Shown here in pieces: positions 48,345 through 61,634 of a stretch of DNA of 64,000 bases. The first letter of the stretch is position 1. Every line of letters starts with the position of its first letter. This stretch comes from Saccostrea cucullata (lineage: Eukaryota), in NCBI RefSeq assembly GCF_032062105.1, contig NW_026919344.1, positions 1 through 64,000 of the forward strand, written 5' to 3'. The notes under the pieces are model-generated. The model was not told the DNA's origin. It did no database searches and worked only from the letters and a program-made list of their open reading frames with translations. The position numbers and the translations under genes are program-made.

Positions 48345-49085
48345 TCCTCAATTTCCCATGAAACAAAGTTTATTCAAAAACTGAATGAGAAAAAGAAAAT
48401 ACTTGCTGTGGCCTTCACCTATTTACATACAACGATGTATTATCAATAAACAATAGTTAGGTTTATTCATAATTCGATTCATTACAGTGATCTACAAATA
48501 AAAGACACCACAGGGTCTGCCATATCTGTTTAATATATATTTGGATGTTTTAATGACTATACGATAAGGGCACATATAACAAGTGAATTATAGGAAACAA
48601 CATGGCTTCATTTTATCTCCATTTTACTTACCCGACTATTACATAAAGTTGGTTTGCGTACATTTTCCAACCTATTCGTTACTCAGAAGCACGTTCCGAG
48701 TACGATTTCTTTTCAAACTGAGGCAGGCTACTGGCAGATAAGTTGATGTTACAGGGAATTTAACATCTCTGCTAAAAAATTTGCACTGTCATAATAATGA
48801 CCTTGTAAGCAAATAACAAGTTTAACTTCTACTGGCTTTTGACTGACGTTTTCATTCAAATCGTCAGACCATTATATACAAACTTAATCATCAACGGATT
48901 TTCCCTTGTTTCTCGATCATGACAAGGAGCACACGGTGGGTGTGACTGGTAGGCATGGAATGCTCACTCCTCCATGACACCTTATCTCACCTCTGATGTT
49001 TTTGAGGGTCGTGTTTACTTTGCTCCTATTTTGTATTGCTTAATGGACTTTGAGTTTGAATACTGTTCATTACTCCACGTATTTC
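48345..49085 (+). mobile_element. Penelope-like element 3' fragment
   Basis: Decayed RT C-terminus plus a well-preserved tail at ~48915-49040. Confidence 0.68.
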
Positions 49086-49789
49086 ATTGATACACGCCAA
49101 TTATTAGACCTTTGTTTTAATGCTGAATTTCATCACGGAATTTTTCATTTGGTCAATTCATAGTGCTCACAGTGTGACCAGTTAAAATGAGATACTTCTT
49201 CCTACGCATCTGATCCCAGTTCTGGAATATGAAGGGTTCCGTGCTATATACCCTCTTCACAGATCTGAATTGTTAAGAGATATTTTGCGATCGGTTACTG
49301 TTTGTAATATTTACTTCTGTCATTAATCGTATCGAAATTTCTCTCATATTTCATCATTGTATGCTTACTCAAAAACTAGACAATTAAGATGATACATATG
49401 GTAAAAGAATATTTATATTGACCTTTGATATTTTTATTTGATTTTAATAGACGAGAAGAAATTAAGAAATCTATTAAAACATGACTGAAGTTTCAATAAA
49501 AAAGTGGAGTTGTCACGCAGGTTCATTCTTCTTTGTCGCTTAAATCAAAACAAAGTGTAAACTATCTCTTAATTTGCAATGCTTTTTAATAAAACATCAA
49601 TTTTAGTTTTAAAAACATCACCAAAGCTGACTAGATACTCCCATGATATCGACCCGGAATCCAAGAGCCTTTACCATTGCCAAATCAGCTAAAATAATTA
49701 GGTGAATATGCTTTCACTTCATATATTTTTTTTAATTTTCTAATATAAATTTTCAAAAGAACTGTGTTATATTTGTTCCGACTTTTAAA

Positions 49790-50575
49790 ACCTTTTTTTC
49801 TATTCACATGAACATGTGAAGCAGAATTTGTCAAAATCTTATAGGTGAAAACAAGAAAACACTAGCTGTGGCCCTAAACTCGACATTTAGATATACCGAC
49901 GACGTTTTGTCAATTAACAATGGTTATTTCCATTCTTATATCGATACGATATATCCAAGTTGGCTAAAAATAAGAGATACCAGAGAGTCTGGCATACTCA
50001 GTGTTTGTCTCATATTTAGAGATGTTTCTTGAAAAGACGAGAATGGTTATCTAACAACCAAGCTTTACGATATACGTGCTGACTTTATCTTTTCAATTGT
50101 CAACTTCCCTTACTTATCGCCCATATACCTGCGTGCGTGATTTATAACTTTCTGTTAAATCGGTACACAAGAGCATGCGTTACCTTTAAACAATTAAAAA
50201 AAAAACTAGTTAAAGTATTGACAAACAAATTAATAGAGCAAACCTATCAGCAGTCTCGTTTAAAGTCATGATTTCGTAAGATCTATGGTCGATACAATGT
50301 TCTAATAAAATCTATCCTTAAGTCATATGCTGATTGACGTTTTTTGTACCAATTCTTAGGCCATTATTTACACACTGAATTGTTGACGGATGTTTTCGTT
50401 ATTTCTCGATTATTGCAAGGAGTCAAGGGTGTGACCGGTCGGCAGGGAATGCTCACTCCTCCATGGCTCCTGATCCCACCTCTGATGTTTTGGAGGTCCG
50501 TGTGTGCTCCACACCTGTTTGTATTGTTTTATGGATTTCTGGGATTGATTATGTTCGTTATCTCCATATATTTCA
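49790..50575 (+). mobile_element. Penelope-like element 3' fragment
   Basis: RYTDDVLSINN..FHSYIDTIYP, KLYD, IVNFPYL, and the tail at ~50425-50530. Confidence 0.75.
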
Positions 50576-51049
50576 TTTTAATGATTGAATGAACGTTTAT
50601 AATTTAGGTCCAAATGATATTTTAAAAATATTAAAAAAAATAATTTTTGTGAAATAAATTCTTCATCTACTATTATTTGAATCAGAAAAAAATCAAAATT
50701 CTTTCACTGGTATTTAAAGGATTAATTTGTTTTCTTTAATGCATTAAATGAACTGAGTATTCTAATGTTGAAAATTTTAATAATAAATTGTTCTAAATAT
50801 GTTTATCCATAATTGACAATGTTTATAAACAGTTCAGACAAACTCAAGTCATCTCCAACTTCTGTCTGAGTTTTTCTAAGATTTTGGATTTTAGCACGCT
50901 TTTAGTTAAGGTTTTAGGTTTAAGACTGTACTTTAATCCTTCTTAAGCATGGTCTTAGACTCATATACACTTAATGCTATAAACCCATGCCATGTGAATT
51001 TCATGGCATCTCGTTCAGAAGTTCTTGTTAAGGCTTGGGCTTTGAAAAA

Positions 51050-51445
51050 TCTGAAAATGTTTAACAATTAGTATGTTAACGTCAGTCAGTATTTGACTCC
51101 AAGAAAAATTGTATATGCTGACAAGGTCATTGCATCGACTACATAACTTACGAAATGATGAATTCAAACGAGACAACTGATATTCTTGTTTCTTCAACTT
51201 GTTCGTCACTAAAATATCTCGTTTTAGAAATTGTAGAAACTTAGTGCGTGCTCTTTCATATCGAATCAACTGAGAGATATAAACCCCGTTTGTAGGTGAT
51301 GAAGGTATATTATTGCATAAGTAAGGGAAGTTGACGATTGAAAAGCTATTAAGTCATCACGTTTACGATAAAGTTTAGTTGTTAGATTAAAATTAACGTC
51401 TTTTTCAAATGAAATGTCCAAATATGAAATAGATGCATCAGACTT
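51050..51445 (-). mobile_element. Penelope-like RT fragment
   Basis: The ORF track shows IRYERAR...FLKR...TNKLKKQEYQLSRLNSSFRKL..R.NDL. Confidence 0.72.
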
Positions 51446-52025
51446 AATTGTAAGCAGCTATCTTGGACTTATAGGTTTACACTATAAAATATAAGACAAA
51501 ATAAAATGAGAGAGGGAGAAAAAGAGCTGTTGACAATTTGGAGACATGCAAAAACACTTCTTTTTGATCCTTGATTGATAAATAAGTACATATTATAGAA
51601 CATATACAGCTTTGATCGCTGACATTGAGTGGATTACAAATGTCCCTATTGTTTTGTATGATTATTAGATTTTTAATTTTGGGTAAATAGACGTTCGTTT
51701 ACCGTGTCTTGTCTGCAATAATGTTAAAGCGAGTGAATATTTTTCAAAACAATAGAAAAACAACAAAAGGTAGCTGAAAACATCGCAGTCTCGAGTGTAA
51801 ACAAAAGTCACGCATTAATGTTGAGACTTGCCACCTTCTGAAGGTACTTTTTTCTTTAGTATTAAGCATATTTTAAAAGATTTATGCTTTAAATACGAAA
51901 TATTACTCTTTTAAACTAATACTGAGAAGAAGGGACATCAGCTTAAGTGGATCTAAAGCGTAAATGAATCATTTTAGCAATATTTGAAAATAAATTGAAG
52001 AACTAGGGGGTTATTCATGAAAATA

Positions 52026-53096
52026 TGAGGGTTGTCCCAAAAAGTCGTAAACAATGTTTATAACTTTGTTATCATGCAACCAATGCTAACCAAATTTTGC
52101 ATAGACGTAACATTTTTAATGTTCTTTACAACTGTGAATTCTTAAATATCTATCTTTTATATCAATAATATTGGGGCGATTTATATGAAGTCCAGGGTTA
52201 GGTCTGTCGGCGCACGAACAAAATCTAGAATAATTCACTCATATCACTATTACATTTGCTTTTATTTCTCTGTTACTATTTGAAACATTAAACTCAATTT
52301 CATATCAGTGAAACCAGAAACAAAATCTTCATAACATATATTTTCATATAAATAGCAATAAAAACAGACAATTGGTGTCATGGTTTTCAAGGTGTTGTCG
52401 AAATTGAATTTGATGAAAATGACGTCGTCAAACGCGTAACCGGCGCACGGGGATGTAATAAATTCTTTTGGATATGGACGGGAAAGAAGAGTACAGAAGT
52501 CACATTACACACTAGATTGCTATAGAAAAGTTGTTTTTATATGGTATGAGATTCAATGATAGTTTATCCTCTATACCAAAAATAGTAACCGCATGTAAAT
52601 AGTAGAGTACTGTTTGTTAAACGAAGACATTAGGCAACGTTCTTGCCCAGGAACGACGTCAAACAATGTGCATTCTCTGCTGTCTACAATTTAATTAAGG
52701 TGAACTTTCGACTAAATTACGACTAAAATTTGAATCTGCTAAAAACAACATCATCAACAACAAACGGACAGTAGTGAATTTAAGAAAATAAGTCACTAAG
52801 TCAGCAGTGGTTTATCACTTTGAAAAAAAAAAATTGATGTAAACTTACGCGTGTGAAGCAGAAAAGGAGATCATGGCGTTATAGGAGACGTAAATTATGC
52901 TCGCTTTCGTGCGCCGATGTACACTTACATACTTTCTTTATTTCTTCACAATTTTCTTATTAAATGTAATATCATCTTGAAACTTGAATTGCATGATTAT
53001 AAATTGTTACTCTTTGCTATGACCTAAAAAGAAATTTAATTGTGCAAAAGAAAATAAACTGTTTTCCCTGTCTATCACTTTTTGGGACAACCTTCG
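52026..53096. mobile_element. Non-autonomous Tc1/mariner-type DNA transposon
   Basis: TA|TGAGGGTTGTCCCAAAAAGT ... ACTTTTTGGGACAACCTTCG|TA. No transposase ORF. Confidence 0.8.
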
Positions 53097-55471
53097 TATG
53101 TTACGTATAAGTTTGTCTTAGCTAAGACCTAGTTAAGTTCGTTTCATGTCACGGTTTAAAGACAAACTAAAGTAGTACGTATGCAGTTCCTAAGATTTTT
53201 CTTAAGTTATCTTTGTAACCCTATATTTATGTTAGGAATACATAATAAATACCGAAAGGCAGAAAAATGACTGCATTTTGACTATATTATCAAGAGTCGC
53301 AACCTAACATTGGGAGATAACAAAAACTGCTATATCGTTACGTAGATTCATGAGTATGCTTCAGCTGCAATCTTAAGACCTGTCTAACTACTGCTGGAGT
53401 ACATGTATGACTTGAATTGAAGCATAAAACTAACTTTAGAAGCAAGGTCTTAACGTTGTCAACATGAATTTCACCATATTTTTTATGAAACATGCTTGCT
53501 TTTCGATTTATTTATTTAAATGATTAAAACTTATTCAGTAATGTTTTTCATAATATATGCATTTGACTTCTCTTAAAATTTAGTCAATGTTGATATAAAA
53601 GATATATTCACTATGACAAAAGAATTGACCTATAGGAGAGAACAATTTCCCGGAAAAAGTGACATTTAAATATTAATCTTTATTTGTTGTTTTCTACAGT
53701 ATATATGTCTAAATTTGTCAAATTTGTATTTTATACCTAATTTTTTTTATTTACAATTTTACAATAAACCTCCAAAGTTGCCCAAAACACCATTTTGTCC
53801 ATTAAACCGTTGATTTTTGCCTGAATTTTGGACTAGAAGTCCTTCAGGGCAGGCCTGCCCCTAAATAAAATTGTGATATTTTGATAGGTTTGGATGTAAG
53901 GAATAATTTAAGATTGGATTTTTTTAGGGGCACCCCTGCCCTGGGTCGAAATTCACAAAAAACCTACAAAAAATAAGGAAACCTGATTTTGAAAATCTGC
54001 TTTAAATTTATACCTTTTATTCTTATAGTCAGACTAGCTCGGTTGATATATGCGCTGATTTTTTACAACGTGTAAACTTTCTTTTTAAAGTCGGGGGATC
54101 GAATCCACCTGGTACCACACTTTTAAAATTTTAAATTTCGCCTTTTCAAAGACTATTTTAGTTGTTTTTTTTTATAGACTTGTGTATTTTCCTTCAATTA
54201 TCTATCCTTTATGCATGCCCATTCTTGATATTAGAAACACTAAAGAGATATCAAATCGTAACAATCCAATGTACAGTTGTCAGTCAGGCGGAACAAACCT
54301 CAGCATAAGCACACTTTCTCCGAGGACAAAAATAACTCACTCTGTGTTACTCGATACAGGTATTCTTTGCAGGAGTGAGCTGCGATGAATTTCAATTGTA
54401 TATATTCTTTAGAATTTAATTACATTGAATTTGGCTACATATAACAATAACTCTTCTCCCTTGGATTTCATTTAGGCCAATATAATTTGCACACATTTGT
54501 GACATGTTTTATTATATCCACGGATAAATAGCCTAGACATAAAGAATATAATTTCAGAGACAGTAGACATTACCATTATGCAAAATGAGAAGTAAAGACA
54601 AACATCAATTATTACATTTGGAGATAACAAAAGAAAATCAATGAAAGGGTTACTCCTACCTCTACTCACTGAAATAAATGTTTAGGAAAAACAAATTGTT
54701 ATATGTATTCAGCCTAATGTCATTAATCAGAACGGAAATCGACAAGCTTTTTGCAGAGAAAAAAACCAAGCCCGGTCCTATAGGTCAGATCCCTATATAT
54801 AATGAAGTGATCCTTTCGTATCAAAATTATAATTCTGTTAATAATGGTTTATAATATTTGGAAACAAATTTTGCACTTCTACAATAGAGCAATGTTTCAA
54901 TGTTAATGCATGACGTTTATTTATTGCTAGAGATTGCAATGTTTACAGTCTCTCTTTTATATAGGCCCTATCTTTTTTCTACATTTTGACAAAAGTTCAC
55001 ACACTTAGCTCTTGCAAACAAGTCACTATAACCAAAGGTCTATCTACCTGAAATTGAAACTCTTGTAAAAAGTACCCAAAAAATAGGGACAATTTTCAAT
55101 TTTCCCCTGATTTATCAGCAAAAGACATTTAAGCTTTTATGATATACTCATTTCCATCTTAATTAAAGATGATTTCAAAAGATAATTTTTCGCATGTCTC
55201 AATTTTACCAAAAGTTATCTCTCTTTCTTTATATCCCTCTTTAGCGGACGGTGGAAGTGACTTATTAATTATGCCTGAACTGTTTTGTAAACATATTAAG
55301 ATGAATGAAATGATAAATCTCCACGTTCCTTTATTAATGTAGTATTCAAAATAATACGAAATTTTTTGGGGGGTGGGTGGGTTGGAGGTGTGGGGGGGGG
55401 GGTTGGTGTGTCGTAATCACTGATTCCAATATCACTCTCATCATGACATGGTTAATGATTTTTTTTGGTTT

Positions 55472-56221
55472 AAGAAGATGGGTGAATAAGGCGGGCAGAA
55501 TGCCTATAGTGCGACAGATAAGAAGTGAAAATTTTAATCTCAATTGAATCCAAATTTTACTTGATATTTCATCTAATATCAAAGTATACTTTATTTAAAA
55601 TCTTTACAATTTACAAAAATCTCACAAAGACAGAAAATATTTGCCTATGAAAATGCTTACACACACTAAAAAGAACAAAAACGATCATTTTCTCATACTT
55701 AAACAAAATTTTTCATCATGGGTGGGTCTTCTCTCCATTTTTTTGAAAGATGATCCTAAAAGTGTGCAATAAAATACACATTTTTTGGTTTTCAAAAACA
55801 TGGAGCGAAGACCCACTATACCTTAAAAGTATAATTTTATGACACAACATTAGCATCTTTCCGAGAAATACTTCAAGTCCATTAAGTCGCGGGTCATATC
55901 ACAAACATGATTTAAATGCCTAAAATCACCATGAGCGGTGTAGCATAGTGGTTAACGCGTTAGTCTCAAAGCAGTATGCTATTGATACGTCGGATTTTTA
56001 TTGCTTAGGGGTTCGAATCCCACGAATACCATATAATAATTTTATGAAAGAAAATTTTTTACGAGATTTTTTTCTCTCTCAGAAAAGTTTTTTTTCTCAT
56101 AGTTTCAAAAATTTCAATAATTAGAAGTTAATTAGTTTAAATAATCAATTCACATATTTAATATGATTTCTTAATATCTGACGCTATAGGCATTCTGCCC
56201 GTCTTGTTCACCCATCTTCTT
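55472..56221. mobile_element. TIR-bounded element containing a tRNA-like Pol III cassette
   Basis: Inverted repeats of about 40 bp (AAGAAGATGGGTGAA.AAG.CGGGCAGAATGCCTATAG). Internal A-box and B-box at ~55939-56020. A decayed solo copy of the terminal repeat lies at ~58290-58335. Confidence 0.7.
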
Positions 56222-57009
56222 TTGGGATACTTCTGAAATACTTGTTGATTTAAGGCACTTATCTATATAAGTAAATCGTACAGAATATTTATGGATAATT
56301 GAACAGTTATGATTCTTTATTGTAGCTTGACAGCTATAGGAACCTCGGTTTTTAATGTTTTTCCTAGTCCGTGATATCGCTATATAACAGTTAATGATAA
56401 TGAATGCTTTCTATATGAAATATTTCATGTATTAAATTAAACATCACTTAAATGAATGTAAAATTAACATTGTTCGTCTTAATTAATCTATGATTAATTG
56501 GGAGCTCATTAAATCGAATAATTAATGGACAAAGATAAAGACCAAGAAGGTTATGTTTTAAAATAGTTTGACCTTATTGGAAGCAGATTAGTGGTACATG
56601 TATGAAATGTCATAAAAACATCATAAAATGTCAAAGTTTTTTTTTTAAATGTTTTTTTTTTCATTTTTTAAAAGGACATACGCAACGTACCTTTCCTACT
56701 GATAATTTTTCAAGATATTCTTAATTTAAGATTAAGATTGTCATCAGATGTTCATAGACAAAAAATCAGCATGCATTGCCAGGGGTTTTTGAAAGATAAA
56801 ATTTGATGAAAATTTTAGAATGATTCAAAGAAAAATATATAAAAAATATAAAACATATATTCTAGATGTTTCTTTCATCCAAAATTGTTTTTGAATAAGT
56901 GTACAATACCATACGTAGAAATCAAAATATAGCCCACAGTTCCTTCAAGAATTAGAACTCTTCAGCTCCATGGAAAAAGACAGAAAAGTTCAAACGTTGC
57001 GTCTGACCT

Positions 57010-57140
57010 NNNNNNNNNNNNNNNNNNNNNNNNNNNNNNNNNNNNNNNNNNNNNNNNNNNNNNNNNNNNNNNNNNNNNNNNNNNNNNNNNNNNNNNNNNN
57101 NNNNNNNNNNNNNNNNNNNNNNNNNNNNNNNNNNNNNNNN
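57010..57140. other. Assembly gap
   Basis: Run of N. Confidence 1.
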
Positions 57141-58117
57141 ATACTCTTACGAACCCCTAAAGGACTTTTACGAGGAGCGCTGACTTTTACAGTTGACGGC
57201 TTACTTTAACACTAGGACAATGTACGGAAGCTCTTTTACGATATGAATATATAACTCAACATTTCATTCAACGAAAATAACGGATTATTTCAATGCACAT
57301 ATAAGTTGTTCTTGAAGGAAACGACATTCACTTCGCCCTAAACTCATATTCTTTACATGTAAGTGCCCCTAACACAATACTTATGACCAGTAGAAAGGTT
57401 TTCTTATCTATTATCAATTCTGTGCCTCCGTACAATACAGGTTTAAATGTCCAAATAAACCGTCAACTGTTAAAGTCAGTGCTTTTCGTAAAAGTCCAAT
57501 TTTGCACACATTTTTTCACACATATTCTTTTTTTGCAAATCAAATGTGTTAAACAAGAAAAACTGGTTGACTCATTTGTTTGAGTTAAATTATCGACAAA
57601 AAAATAATAACTCTTGTACGTCTTTGAAACGGAGAATGAGAGCCGAACTCAGTGAAATGAAACTTTCAAGCTGCAAACAAAAGAGGTGCATTTCATAGTT
57701 CGTTTAAACTTGCAATACCAGGAACTTTAGATAGGGTTTTTAATCAATAAAAAGTGCATATTGAAATCTCTTTTATAACTGTATACATTTTCTTTGCTTT
57801 CACTACGCCCCTCGATCCATCAACTTTGAAAAATTGGCCAGTAAGTGACAACAGTGATTAAGCCAGTGGGAATAGAGAGCGATAAGAGAAATTGTGACAT
57901 AAAGACTCTTATTGGACAAAACTATTCCAGAATGCTTTTTCGCAATACTGTGCAAATTAGATTAAATAAAATTACAAATCGTACATCATGAATTTTTGCA
58001 TTTTTTGTGTGAAAGCTAAGCTGTCTAAAACCCTGTATGATTAAAAGAATAAAAAAGAAAGAGTGAATATGAAATATGCAAAAAAAAAAAATCATTCTCA
58101 ACTTCTTGACTTTTTTT

Positions 58118-58144
58118 GGGGGGGGGGGGGGGGGGGGGGGGGGG
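58118..58144. repeat. Poly-G homopolymer
   Basis: 27 consecutive G. Confidence 0.9.
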
Positions 58145-58381
58145 CATTTTCCATAGTAGATATCTTACGTTGGAGAAATATAAAAACGAAAGTTTTTCAC
58201 AAAAAAATTTAAAACAATTCTAAATCATTAATCTTAAGCTGTTAAATAACACTTACATAAAGTACAGTGTACATGCTACAAACACTAAAAGAGACGAGTG
58301 AACAAGACGTACAGAATTCCTATAGCCTCTGATATATAAAAATAATATTCTCTTATAAATTTAGTGTGAAGTGTCAAGTTC

Positions 58382-59361
58382 TCATTATAGAAATTTATGA
58401 AATTATAATTAGCAAAAGTTTTCTCAGATTTTCCCTCAAAAATATTTTATCATTAAAGAGTCAATATGAGAAGATAAATGGATATAAATAATCATGCATG
58501 TACTACTTACATGACATGTACACCTCTGATGTTTCATACGATTTGGGTTTGTTCCTGATTTATATAATTTGATTTGAGTAATTTGAAAATAATCTATAGT
58601 ATTACATGTATAAATTATTTGTGGTATATACTTATTTTCAAAAAGTTAAAATTAAAAATTGAACCCACCAAAAATTGTGTATGATCACAGTATTCACACA
58701 GTGGTTTAATACAAGGGTGTGATATTGACTTGTTCAATGTTATATTCATTTTGTAATGATTTTAATTATAAAAGAAGCAAAAAGAACTTTCTATACATTA
58801 CTATTCGTTTGTTTTAAAAAATGCAAAAATTTTTTTTACTAAGTGTGTAATAAATAAAAATTTTATACCTTAATTATTTTGTGAAGTAGAAATCATTATA
58901 GAAATTTATGAAATTATAATTAGCAAAAGTTTTCTCAGATTTTCCCTCAAAAATATTTTATCATTAAAGATTCATAGTGAGTCAATATTATGAAATAAAT
59001 GGATATAAAGAATGGCGGAGAAGGCACACTACTCCATGACACCTGATCCCACCTCTGATGTTCTAGAGGTGCTCCTGATTTATATAATTTGATTTGAGTT
59101 TTATAATTTCATAATCACTTACAAGAATTCTAGTGGTATATACCGGGTATTAAAACAGTTGCAGGATACTAGCAATTCACACATTCGTATAATACAAAAG
59201 ATATTCTTGTTCTGTTATATTCATTTTGTAATGATTTTAATTATAAAAGAAGAAAAAGAACTTTCTATATATTACTATTCGTTTGTTTTAAAAAATGCAA
59301 ATTTGTTTTCCATCCGTTTAGATTTAGATTTTAACCTTAATTATTTTGTTAATAGAAATCA
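58382..59361. repeat. Tandem duplication of about 0.5 kb
   Basis: TCATTATAGAAATTTATGAAATTATAATTAGC starts at 58382 and again at 58893. The copies are colinear to ...CCTTAATTATTTTG. Confidence 0.85.
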
Positions 59362-59809
59362 TGTACGGTAAATCTTTAAAGTAAGTGTTTATTATTTTTT
59401 TCACATTGATAAATAATTATCTAAATCTGTACGAAACATCCAGAAGTTTAGGGACTTTTATTTTAACTTATCTATCTTATCCGATTTACCTTTGCATATT
59501 ATTTTTGCTTGTTTTAATTTTGTTTGTTTTACGTATTTTTGAGAATTTTTCAAAACTACGTAAAATCCCGCGCTTGTCTTTGTTTTGAATTTTTACCTTT
59601 GCTGATGAAATGACTCTATTTTAAAGCTTTTACAGAAAATTAGATACATGTGGGCTTATAGCGCGTAATTTTTTCAAAGTGTGTTTTACAACTGGGAGCT
59701 GAAATTTTCATACCTTGTGTATAGGTCTCGAATTAAAGTCAAAAGATTGTACAGAAAAAAATGATTAAATGAAATAATGGAAAGTAAAAATTATTTAAGC
59801 TTAAACATC

Positions 59810-60250
59810 CAAAAACAATACAAATCAGGAGCATAGTAAACACCGACCTATAAGACATCAGAGATGGGGTCAGAAGGCATCCCCTGTCGACCGGTCACAT
59901 CCGCCTTGTCTTCTGTGAAAAATATATGTATGACGTCATTTGAAGTCAGAGTGAGTCAAATCTCACATATTTTGACAAGGTTGATTTATAAGGATCTGCG
60001 CTCGCCCTAACGTTCGTACTTTCAATATGTTATAGATATTTTTTTATAGTATTCTATCCACATATGAAACAGATGTGTCGGACACTGTGATATCTTTTAA
60101 TTCAGGCACACTGGGATATATAGTGCCGACATATGAAATAAATGACAGTACTCAAGCTCAACAGATTTTGGAACATGGCAAACACGTAAAGGTGGAATCA
60201 AGTGCCAAGGAAGAGTCATTATCCCCTTTTCATCCCAGTCACAAAGTCGT
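59810..60250 (-). mobile_element. Short Penelope-like tail and RT remnants
   Basis: ACATCAGAGATGGGGTCAG...CCCCTGTCGACCGGTCACATCCGCC and ATATGAAACAGATGTGTCGGA. Confidence 0.55.
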
Positions 60251-61438
60251 GTTTTTATAGATATGTTCAAAGAAAAACGAAAAATCGTTTTGCAATGCAA
60301 TGTGAGAATTATAACATGAAAATTTTATGAAAATTCGATATATTGAAAGTTTTAATTCAACAAAAAGGACATTGAATGGATCATAAAATGTTGATTTTAA
60401 ATGTGACTGTTTAGTATATCAAAAACTTGCCATATTTTAGAAATTTTTCGTAAGCGAATTCTTGAATCTTTGATACATAAACACTATATGCAGTTAACTA
60501 TTTAACACCTAAAATGTCTTTCTTTGACTGTTAGTACGGAAATTAATGCCGCATCTGTTGTAAAAGCTGTGACATTTTCGTTCTAACAAACCAGGAAAAA
60601 ACATTTCATTGTTTATATTTTCATATGTACAACTGTGAACAAAAAAACATTCAAAGTAAATTAGATATGTTAAAATTGTATAATAGATGAATTTGTCATT
60701 GTATGCATAACTGATGGAAGAGCCATTGTTAAAAAAAAAACAACTATGCAGTGACTTGCTTAGTGTCGTTTATGCATTGAATAATGTAATTCGTTATTAC
60801 AATTTTTATGAATTCGTTAGAACAAATTTAAGATATCTGTTATAAGAGATTTCATTCGTTGTAACGAATTTCCAAAAATTGTTATAATGAATTAAATTTA
60901 TTTGAACAATTTCGACAATTCGTCATACAGAATTCAAAAATATCTTTTGGTAGGTCCTAAATGGGCTTCCGTAGTCTTCATATCAAATAAAGGAAAAAAA
61001 AAATAGTCAGTGGATGTAAATATTGTATAATGTAGATCATACGGAAGAAGTTGATGATCGGAAAGTTTAAATCATCAGCTTTATAATAACGTTTAGTAGT
61101 AAGTTTGACTTTGATTTTTCCCGGTTAAATATCCAAATTAAGAGATGCATCAAAAGTTTTTATCGAATTAATAAAGGAATGAAGATGATTTTTTGTGAAT
61201 TTAATACATTTAAATGTCAAAGCGAAAGCAACCAATTTTTTGATGCTTAAATCGAAGTTTTAAATTAATTCTGCTTTATAGTTGAATGAAAACATATCAG
61301 CTATTAAAGAAGCACAATTAGTGCCTATTAGAATAACACATAGTTTGGAAGACCTGGTCTTCGAACACTACATGTACATAAATGTTGCCATAGGGAAAGC
61401 CCATTTTCCTTTAAATGTCGTCCTCAGAGAAATTTTAT

Positions 61439-61634
61439 NNNNNNNNNNNNNNNNNNNNNNNNNNNNNNNNNNNNNNNNNNNNNNNNNNNNNNNNNNNNNN
61501 NNNNNNNNNNNNNNNNNNNNNNNNNNNNNNNNNNNNNNNNNNNNNNNNNNNNNNNNNNNNNNNNNNNNNNNNNNNNNNNNNNNNNNNNNNNNNNNNNNNN
61601 NNNNNNNNNNNNNNNNNNNNNNNNNNNNNNNNNN
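61439..61634. other. Assembly gap
   Basis: Run of N. Confidence 1.

Noticed and set aside
55933-56030. Functional tRNA gene
   Set aside because: A and B boxes are present, but I could not form a proper acceptor or anticodon stem.
58118-58144. Poly-G as a functional G-quadruplex
   Set aside because: An isolated homopolymer about 1 kb from an assembly gap, with no supporting context and an unreliable length.
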